Shown here: positions 25,512-32,000 of the stretch, in pieces
How the letters are laid out: every line of letters begins with the position of its first letter
How positions within the stretch are numbered: the first letter of the stretch is position 1
NCBI RefSeq assembly: GCF_017876815.1
Contig: NZ_JAGIOS010000001.1
Coordinates: 360,001-392,000, forward strand
Direction of reading: 5' to 3'
DNA from: Sinorhizobium meliloti
GTDB lineage: Bacteria > Pseudomonadota > Alphaproteobacteria > Rhizobiales > Rhizobiaceae
Length of the DNA stretch: 32,000 nt
Program-made: the position numbers and the translations under genes
Notes under the pieces: model-generated
Told to the model about the DNA's origin: nothing
What the model saw: only the letters and a program-made list of their open reading frames with translations
The model's database searches: none

Positions 25512-25574
25512 GGTATTGACGAGAGAGGCTGTTGTAACGCAGGAAAAATTCGACGCTTGATATAAGTGGTACTT

Positions 25575-26546
25575 ATGGAAAACCTGCGCCGTCTCCTCCC
25601 GTCGGCCGCAAGCCTCATCGTCTTTGAGGCGGCCGGCCGGCATCAGAACTTCACACGCGCTGCCAGTGAGCTCGGAATGACTCAGGCGGCGGTGTCCTAC
25701 GCCATTCGAGGACTCGAGAACCAGCTGGGCGTGCCGCTGTTCCACCGGGTGCACCGGGCGGTCCAACTGACGGAAGCCGGCGAGAAGTTTCACGCGGATG
25801 TCTCGGTCGGCCTCGCGCGGATCCAGAAGTCGGCCGAAGACATCCGCGCCAAGGGGCGCGAGACCAACGTGACGCTGGCGGCCTCGACGGCCTTCGCCTC
25901 CATGTGGATGCTGCCGCGGCTCGCCCGCCTGCGCGAAGACCTGCCGGAGATCGACCTTCGTATCCAGACCAGCGTGCGCGACCTCGATCTGGATGATGAG
26001 CCGATCCCGCTCGGAATCCGCGGCGGGGACCCGAGCCATTGGCCGCGCTACCATGCGGCGGTGCTGGCCGATGAAGTCATCCAGGCCGTGGCGACGCCGG
26101 CCTATATCGAGACGCATGGGCTGCCGGCAACGCCCGCGGACCTCATCAGGCACAATCTCATCCACCTCGAAGAACCGGTAAGGCGGGCCTGCGACTGGAC
26201 CGAATGGTTCGCGAGCGCGGGCCTTGCCTACCCGACCCAAGGCAAGCGCCTCGCGATCAACGATTACGTGCTCGTGATCCAGGCCGTTCTGGCGGGAGAG
26301 GGCATCGCGCTCGGCTGGGAGCATCTGACCGCCCGACAGGTGCGCTCCGGCGCGCTGGTGCCGGTCGGCGGGCATGTGCTGCGGACGGGCCAAGCCTTCT
26401 ACGTCGTCTGGCCGCGGTCACGCGAACTCAACAGTCAGGCGCGGCGCATTCGCGACTGGCTTTTGGAGGAGGGCCTGCGCGACCGTCCGGGGACCGACAC
26501 CGCGAGCGGGCATGAGGCGCTTCAGCGCACCGCCGTATCCCGATAA
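25575..26546 (+). CDS. LysR-family transcriptional regulator (GcvA-like)
   Basis: N-terminal HTH LIVFEAAGRHQNFTRAASELGMTQAAVSYAIRGLENQLGVPLFHR and a LysR substrate-binding domain. ATG 25575 is preferred over the track GTG 25566. Confidence 0.88.
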   Translation: MENLRRLLPSAASLIVFEAAGRHQNFTRAASELGMTQAAVSYAIRGLENQLGVPLFHRVHRAVQLTEAGEKFHADVSVGLARIQKSAEDIRAKGRETNVTLAASTAFASMWMLPRLARLREDLPEIDLRIQTSVRDLDLDDEPIPLGIRGGDPSHWPRYHAAVLADEVIQAVATPAYIETHGLPATPADLIRHNLIHLEEPVRRACDWTEWFASAGLAYPTQGKRLAINDYVLVIQAVLAGEGIALGWEHLTARQVRSGALVPVGGHVLRTGQAFYVVWPRSRELNSQARRIRDWLLEEGLRDRPGTDTASGHEALQRTAVSR

Positions 26547-27868
26547 TGCTCCGAAAGGTAACGCAGGGTCGCATCGGCATCGGCGGGCTTGCCGTAGAAA
26601 TAGCCCTGTCCCAGGCCGCAGCCGAGCGCTTTGAGCTTCAGCGCCTCGGATGAATGCTCGATGCCTTCGGCGACCACGGCGAGTTCCAGTCCCTCGCACA
26701 TCGAAACGATCGCCTTGACGATATGTTCTGAAGTCCGGTCGGTGGAAATCCCCGAAACGAAGGTCCGGTCTATCTTCACCTTGTCGAGGGAAAAATCCCT
26801 GAGCCGCCCGAGGCTCGACTGACCCGTTCCGAAATCGTCCAGCGACACGCGCACGCCGGCCGCTCTCAATTCGGTGACGATCCTCTGGGCGGTGCCGGCG
26901 TCGGCCATCGCAGCGGTCTCGGTGATCTCGAGTTCGAGGCGCCGGGGGTCGAGGCCCACCTGAGCTATGATTGCCAGAAGCCGAGCGCTCGTCGCCGGAT
27001 CCATCAGCTGGACCGAGGACAGGTTGAAGGACAGGAAGAGGTCCTCCGGCCAGGACAGGGCAGCCCGCGCCGCCTTGCGCAGAAGCATCTCGGAAAGCGC
27101 GTCGATGAAGCCGCGCTCTTCCGCGAAAGGCACGAACACCGCTGGCGAGACATAGCCGAGGTCGGCGTCGCACCAGCGTGCCAGCGCCTCGAAGCCCACC
27201 GGACGGTCGCTGCGCAGATCGACGATCGGTTGAAAGTGGACATCGATCCCACCGGCGATGATCGCGTTGCGCAGTGCCTGCTCAAGCTGCGTCGCGTGCT
27301 TCATCTCCTGTGCGATCTCTTGCGAATAGACGGTGATCTGTCCGCGGCCGCGCCGTTTCGAGCGGTAGAGCGCGGTATCGGCGCTCTTCAACAGGTCGTC
27401 GAACGTGTCTCCGGCAAAGGGATAGACAGCAAAGCCGAACGAGGCCGACAGCCGAACGTTCCGGTCGCCGAGCGCGAAGGGCGAGGAGAGCACTTCCTTG
27501 AGCATCTGGCCGCGCTTCTCCGCACTCCTTCGTTCAAAGACCAGCGGCAGGACGATGGCGAATTCGTCATCCGCGGTACGCGTCACCGTCGCGCCCTCGG
27601 GAACGCAGGCCTTCAGCCGGTGTGCCACCTGACGCAGGATCTGGTCGCCGGCCTCAGGGCCGAAGAGGTCGTTGATCGGCTTGAATCCATCCAGGTTTGC
27701 AAGGCCGATGGTAAAGGGTGCGGGATCGCTTGCCCGTTCGGCCGCGAGGGTGCAAACGGTTTCCTTGAGGTGGCGTGCATTGCCGAGTTCGGTCAATGGA
27801 TCGACGAACGGGGCGCCATGCGTACTGTCGCGCTTCGGCCGATCGATACCGAGTTCCTGCAATGTCAT
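26522..27868 (-). CDS. Degenerate GGDEF - EAL domain protein (probable c-di-GMP phosphodiesterase)
   Basis: The GGDEF-domain fold has ADDEF in place of GG[DE]EF and no RxxD I-site. The EAL domain keeps EALAR, N, ELEITE, DDFGTG, KIDRTF, VAEGIE and GQGYFYGKP. Its ATG overlaps the upstream stop (ATGA, 27865-27868). Confidence 0.88.
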   Translation of the reverse strand: MTLQELGIDRPKRDSTHGAPFVDPLTELGNARHLKETVCTLAAERASDPAPFTIGLANLDGFKPINDLFGPEAGDQILRQVAHRLKACVPEGATVTRTADDEFAIVLPLVFERRSAEKRGQMLKEVLSSPFALGDRNVRLSASFGFAVYPFAGDTFDDLLKSADTALYRSKRRGRGQITVYSQEIAQEMKHATQLEQALRNAIIAGGIDVHFQPIVDLRSDRPVGFEALARWCDADLGYVSPAVFVPFAEERGFIDALSEMLLRKAARAALSWPEDLFLSFNLSSVQLMDPATSARLLAIIAQVGLDPRRLELEITETAAMADAGTAQRIVTELRAAGVRVSLDDFGTGQSSLGRLRDFSLDKVKIDRTFVSGISTDRTSEHIVKAIVSMCEGLELAVVAEGIEHSSEALKLKALGCGLGQGYFYGKPADADATLRYLSEHYRDTAVR

Positions 27869-29601
27869 TGCGATCCGCTCCGACCGGAACCCGAAACGCG
27901 CGTTTCACCCGCCGGCAGGTATTTCCGCAGCAGCATCTCGATCATATCCGGGCTGACCGGCTTCATGATGTGGTCGTCCATTCCCGATGTCCTGCAGCGC
28001 TCGAGGTCGATATCGAGCGCCTGGGCGGTCACGGCCACGATCGGCGTGCGACGGCCCGCGCGCTTTTCGGCCTGTCGAATGGCAATAGCGGCTTCAAAGC
28101 CGTTCATCACCGGCATGGCGACGTCCATCAGGACCAGGGCGGGCTGGAGTTCGTGCCAGAGGTCCACCGCTTCTCTTCCATCCGCGGCGATCCGGTGGGA
28201 GATCCCGAGCCCCTCCAGAATCTGCGCGAAGACGAACTGGTTGACCTGGTTGTCCTCCGCGACGAGGACTTCCACCGCCGGCGCATTCGTCGCGGACACC
28301 TGATCGCGGTCGAGCGCAATCCCCCATTCGGACTGCAGCAACGGAGAACGCGCGCCGCGGGCACAGACGCCGAAGATCTCCGCAAGCAGGATCGTCGCAT
28401 CCGTATCGCTCGATACCTCGACCCATGTGCAGGCGCGCCAGGAGGCGAGGACGCCATGCTTCTCCGGAAAAGCGGCGTCGAGCAGAAGAAGGTCGATCTC
28501 CAATCCGCGGGCCTCGGCGGCCAGCGCGAAGGCGTCGAGCTCCTCGCCATTGCGGACCGCACAGGCGTCGAGCCCGGAGCCGCGCAGCCGCGCCACGAAT
28601 CGCTCTTCCATTTCCCGGTCGGCGGTCGCCAGAAGCACGCGCAACCCGCGTGCCGGCAGCATGCCGATCTTCGATCCGGCACTGGCGAGTTGCTGCATGT
28701 CGAGCGACCGGAAGGGATCGTAGAAATTCTGCGCGGGCGTGAAGATGCTGTAGTCGCGGATCTGCAGGCCGGTGTCGCCGCCCTTTTCCGAGCCGCCATA
28801 CCAGACGGCGATATCGGTGACGTCGTTCATGCAGGTGACGACGAAATGGCGGTCGGGCAGGCCGACACGATATTTGCGCGTCACGACCCAAAGGTCGCTG
28901 CCGTCGGCGCGAACGATATGCTCCGCCTCCGAATACGGCGTGCCTGTCTCCAGGACGTGGCGATCCGACCGTTCGAAGTGCTCCGCAAGCTCCGTTTCTA
29001 CGAGATCCGAGGCGGAACGTCCGAGCATGGCGTCCGGCGCGAGATCGTGGATGGCGCTGAAGGCCTTGTTTACGGCGATGTAGTGGAGGTTACGGTCCTT
29101 GACGCAGATGGGATTGGGTTGAGCGTTGAGGATCTCTTCCGTCAGGGCGATCCGCTGGAGATCGGTCCGGGCCTGCTCGTCGCGCTTCTTCTGTTCGGAG
29201 ACATCGCTGACGGCGAGAAGGCCGATACCGCTCGACAGCCGCCGCTGACGCAGAGAGAGCCAGCGCGTCCGGCCGGCCCGTTCGACATTTTCGTAGCGCT
29301 CCCGCCAGTGAAGCGCCATCTGCTCGGCGATCCAGTCTTCGCGGTTCGGCCTGTGCCGGCTGGACTCCGGCAAGGTTCCGGGGCGCACGCCGGTATCGTA
29401 GACCGCCCCCAAAAAATCGCGCAGCCGCGTCCCGGGAACCAGCATGCCGGCGGGCACGGGGAAAAATTGCAGTATCGAGGTGCTCGCGAAGGTGATGGTG
29501 TCGTCCCGGCCGAAAACGAGCAAGGCGGCGCCAAGCGTTTCGCCGCTTGCCTCCAGAATGATCCTGCTGATGTCTGCGCCGCCCGACGCCACATCATTCA
29601 T
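27865..29601 (-). CDS. PAS/PAS - pseudo-receiver - receiver (REC) signalling protein, no kinase or output domain
   Basis: The C-terminal canonical REC has VLVAEDNQVN, LVLMDVAMPVMNG, AVTAQA and IMKPV. A preceding REC-like segment is degenerate (LLLLDAAFPE), and there are two PAS-like regions. No HisKA/HATPase is present. Start chosen at ATG 29601 (GAGGG SD); alternatives are at 29730 and 29790. Confidence 0.75.
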   Translation of the reverse strand: MNDVASGGADISRIILEASGETLGAALLVFGRDDTITFASTSILQFFPVPAGMLVPGTRLRDFLGAVYDTGVRPGTLPESSRHRPNREDWIAEQMALHWRERYENVERAGRTRWLSLRQRRLSSGIGLLAVSDVSEQKKRDEQARTDLQRIALTEEILNAQPNPICVKDRNLHYIAVNKAFSAIHDLAPDAMLGRSASDLVETELAEHFERSDRHVLETGTPYSEAEHIVRADGSDLWVVTRKYRVGLPDRHFVVTCMNDVTDIAVWYGGSEKGGDTGLQIRDYSIFTPAQNFYDPFRSLDMQQLASAGSKIGMLPARGLRVLLATADREMEERFVARLRGSGLDACAVRNGEELDAFALAAEARGLEIDLLLLDAAFPEKHGVLASWRACTWVEVSSDTDATILLAEIFGVCARGARSPLLQSEWGIALDRDQVSATNAPAVEVLVAEDNQVNQFVFAQILEGLGISHRIAADGREAVDLWHELQPALVLMDVAMPVMNGFEAAIAIRQAEKRAGRRTPIVAVTAQALDIDLERCRTSGMDDHIMKPVSPDMIEMLLRKYLPAGETRVSGSGRSGSQ

Positions 29602-29858
29602 CGCGCTGCCCTCGTTCCCGCTACAGCGCCAGCCGTCCTCGGACGCATAACGGGTGCTGTAGCACTCTGACTGCTGAACGGCCTTCCCGGCCCGGTTACG
29701 GTCCGGCGAACCGATCAGCAGCGGTTTCATTTCGGGACATGCTGGCCGCCTTTGGGGCATCCTTGAAGGGATGCGGGCGGCGTCCAGCAACGCCGCGGTG
29801 CTCCAGAGGCAAAAACCCGACGATCATTCAGGTTGCTGTGGAAAATTGCAGCAGAACG

Positions 29859-29873
29859 TTAAAGCCCGATTAA
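29859..29873 (-). promoter_or_regulatory. Candidate CtrA binding site, TTAA-N7-TTAAC
   Basis: The minus strand reads TTAAtcgggctTTAAC (to 29858), a perfect match to the full CtrA consensus. It lies in the spacer between the PAS/REC-EAL operon and mutL, ~96 nt upstream of the mutL ATG. Confidence 0.5.
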
Positions 29874-29968
29874 GTCGCAATCCTGCTTTTTGCAGGTACC
29901 GGCCGACAGCTATGGAGAAGTGTGAGCGCGGGGCTTTCCCTCCCTCTCCGAATCCTGGAAAATAGGAC

Positions 29969-31786
29969 ATGGCCATCAAGCAACTTTCCGAAACGCTCAT
30001 CAACCAGATCGCCGCCGGCGAAGTCATCGAACGACCGGCGAGCGCCGCGAAGGAATTGATCGAGAACGCGCTCGATGCGGGCGCGACCAGGATCGAGATC
30101 GCGACCGCCGGTGGCGGCAAGACGCTCCTCAGGGTCACCGACAACGGCATCGGCATGTCGCCGGCCGATCTCGAACTGGCGATCCGCCGACATTGCACCT
30201 CCAAGCTCAATGACAGCCTCGCCGACATCCGGACGCTCGGCTTCCGCGGCGAAGCCCTGCCTTCGATCGGATCGGTGGCGCGCCTGTCGATCACCACGAG
30301 GACGGCGGAGGCCCGGGAAGGCGCGGCGATCACGGTCACCGGCGGCAGGAGCGAACCCGCACGCCCGTCGGCCGCTATCGTAGGCACCGTGGTCGAGGTG
30401 CGCGACCTCTTCTTCGCGACCCCGGCGCGGCTGAAATTCATGAAGTCGGAAAAGGCCGAGGCGGCTGCGATCTCTGAAGTCGTCCGGCGTATGGCGATCG
30501 CCTTTCCGAGAGTGCGTTTCGTGCTTTCCGGCTCCGATCGCACGACGCTCGAATTCCCCGCAACAGGCGACGACCGGCTGGCACGGATGGCGCAAGTGCT
30601 CGGCCGCGACTTCCGCGACAATGCCATCGAGATCGACGCCGAGCGCGAGGGTGCACGGCTGACGGGCTTTGCCGGTGTCCCGACCTTCAACCGCGGCAAT
30701 TCGCTTCAGCAATATGCCTTCGTCAACGGCCGCCCGGTCCAGGACAAGCTGATCATGTCCGCTCTCCGCGCCGCCTATGCCGAGACCATCCCGCAGGGGC
30801 GCTACCCGATCGCGGTTCTGTCGATCACGCTCGATCCGGCTCTAGTTGACGTCAACGTCCATCCGGCAAAATCGGACGTGCGCTTCCGCGATCCCGGACT
30901 GATCCGCGGCTTGATCATCGGCGCCATCCGCGAGGCGTTGACGCGTGAGGGAGACCGGGCGGCGACGACCGGGGCGCATGGATTGATGCGCGCCTTCCGC
31001 CCCGAGTTCCACCGGGCAGGCCAGCAAAGGCCGCAGGAACCCTGGAGTGCAGCCGCCTCGCCCCATCGGCCGCTGCGCTTCGAAGAGGCCGCGCGCGGTT
31101 TTGCAGAAGCACCACAGGCGGCCTTCTCTGATTTCGCCCAGCCGTCTGCGCGCAGCGCTGCCGCCGCCGTCGAGGCGACGCGGGCGACCGATGGACAGGC
31201 GGCCTCCTTCCCGCTTGGCGCCGCCCGCGCCCAGCTTCACGAAAACTATATCGTCGCCCAGACCGACGACGGCCTCGTCATCGTCGACCAGCACGCCGCC
31301 CATGAGCGGCTCGTCTTCGAGACGATGCGAACGGCGCTCCACGCCCGCCCGGTGCCCGCGCAGGCGCTGCTCATTCCGGAGATCGTCGGCCTGCCGGAAG
31401 ACGATTGCGACCGGCTGATGGCGCATGCCGAGGAGTTCACGCGGCTCGGGCTGGCCATCGAGCGCTTCGGCCCGGCGGCGGTCGCCGTCCGCGAAACGCC
31501 GGCAATGCTCGGCGAGATGGACGCCGCCGGACTGGTGCGGCAGCTTGCCGACGAGCTTGCGGAATGGGACACGGCCAGTGGACTTGCAGGGCGGCTCGAA
31601 TATCTGGCCGCCACCATGGCCTGCCACGGCTCCGTGCGCTCCGGCCGCCGCCTGCGCACCGAGGAGATGAACGCCCTGCTTCGCCAGATGGAGGCGACGC
31701 CCGGCTCCGGGCAATGCAATCACGGCCGGCCGACCTATATCGAACTCAAGCTCGCCGACATCGAGCGGCTTTTCGGCCGGAGTTGA
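29969..31786 (+). CDS. mutL: DNA mismatch repair protein MutL
   Basis: N-terminal GHKL ATPase motifs ([48 protein letters not shown]) and C-terminal dimerisation/endonuclease-type motifs ([18 protein letters not shown]). Confidence 0.95.
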   Translation: MAIKQLSETLINQIAAGEVIERPASAAKELIENALDAGATRIEIATAGGGKTLLRVTDNGIGMSPADLELAIRRHCTSKLNDSLADIRTLGFRGEALPSIGSVARLSITTRTAEAREGAAITVTGGRSEPARPSAAIVGTVVEVRDLFFATPARLKFMKSEKAEAAAISEVVRRMAIAFPRVRFVLSGSDRTTLEFPATGDDRLARMAQVLGRDFRDNAIEIDAEREGARLTGFAGVPTFNRGNSLQQYAFVNGRPVQDKLIMSALRAAYAETIPQGRYPIAVLSITLDPALVDVNVHPAKSDVRFRDPGLIRGLIIGAIREALTREGDRAATTGAHGLMRAFRPEFHRAGQQRPQEPWSAAASPHRPLRFEEAARGFAEAPQAAFSDFAQPSARSAAAAVEATRATDGQAASFPLGAARAQLHENYIVAQTDDGLVIVDQHAAHERLVFETMRTALHARPVPAQALLIPEIVGLPEDDCDRLMAHAEEFTRLGLAIERFGPAAVAVRETPAMLGEMDAAGLVRQLADELAEWDTASGLAGRLEYLAATMACHGSVRSGRRLRTEEMNALLRQMEATPGSGQCNHGRPTYIELKLADIERLFGRS

Positions 31787-31879
31787 GAACCTGCCGGAAC
31801 CATATTCCGAAACCGCTGGTTTTTTGCAGAGCGCCACGATAGATCAGGACGTTCACGAGAAGACGAGGCCCGTTCAGGC

Positions 31880-32000
31880 ATGATGAACCGTTTTGAAGGA
31901 AGCTCCTCCCGGGAGGCGAAGATCCGCTATCTCGACGGAGACTTCCAAGTCGTACTTGCCGGCTCGCACGTGATCTGTGCCGTTACGGGCAAGCCCGTCC
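31880..32000 (+). CDS. Small conserved hypothetical protein (DUF2093-like, from memory), 5' partial; continues beyond the window
   Basis: ATG 31880 (or 31883) opens MMNRFEGSSSREAKIRYLDGDFQVVLAGSHVICAVTGKPV, with no stop before the window end. This resembles a small protein conserved in Rhizobiales. Confidence 0.5.
   Translation, partial: MMNRFEGSSSREAKIRYLDGDFQVVLAGSHVICAVTGKPV

Noticed and set aside
23940-26393. 817-aa minus-strand ORF in the track
   Set aside because: Only the C-terminal 514 aa (from ATG 25484, which has an SD) look like an MttB-family protein. The N-terminal ~300 aa are Arg/Gly/Pro/His-rich and lie antisense to the well-supported LysR gene, so this is a GC-rich shadow extension.
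29770-29780. GATGCGGGCGG as a fifth copy of the nested palindromic repeat
   Set aside because: Only 11 nt match. The GGAAAACCGC..CACTTTTCC core and the outer inverted repeat are absent.
31787-31800. GAACctgccgGAAC just after the mutL stop, as a second LexA box
   Set aside because: The spacer is 6 nt rather than the required 7, so it does not fit the GAAC-N7-GAAC operator.
1-32000. Looked for mobile elements, CRISPR arrays, tRNA/rRNA genes, toxin-antitoxin pairs and known defence-system genes
   Set aside because: No transposase, integrase or recombinase-like ORF was seen. There is no regularly spaced direct-repeat array and no cloverleaf-like tRNA sequence. No nuclease, helicase, methylase or STAND-type defence architecture was seen. 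The window reads as syntenic core chromosome.

Overview
GC-rich alphaproteobacterial chromosomal core region. Gene order and the intergenic palindrome types look Rhizobiaceae, Sinorhizobium/Ensifer-like (inference). About 30 genes are supported: ispE (3' end)-moaB; an orphan 359-aa ORF; a short GT2-like gene divergent from a PA0069-family radical SAM gene, then rnhB; the F0 ATP synthase operon atpI-B-E-F'-F; a SleB-type cell-wall hydrolase; corA-kup; apbC/mrp; two tandem LuxR-type solos; an IclR regulator divergent from a De Ley-Doudoroff galactose/galactonate operon (SDR, dgoK, dgoA, SMP-30 lactonase, IlvD/Edd dehydratase); a secreted PRC-barrel protein; a non-Pyl MttB-family methyltransferase with a divergent LysR; a PAS/REC protein coupled to a degenerate-GGDEF/EAL protein; mutL; and the start of a small conserved ORF. 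I saw no rRNA, tRNA, CRISPR, transposase, integrase, phage gene or recognisable defence gene, so this is not an obvious accessory island. Many long ORFs in the track are antisense shadows typical of GC-rich DNA. The track also counts TTG and GTG as starts, so several starts were re-assigned using SD sequences and homologue N-termini. The best candidates for undescribed biology are: (1) a GTTC-N7-GTTC LexA/SOS box in the divergent promoter of the radical SAM gene and the GT2-like gene; (2) the orphan 359-aa protein with a long, hairpin-rich upstream region; (3) an orphan MttB-family enzyme with a LysR partner; (4) the tandem LuxR pair; (5) the REC-EAL module next to a perfect CtrA box. All regulatory-site calls are motif matches read by eye and need testing.
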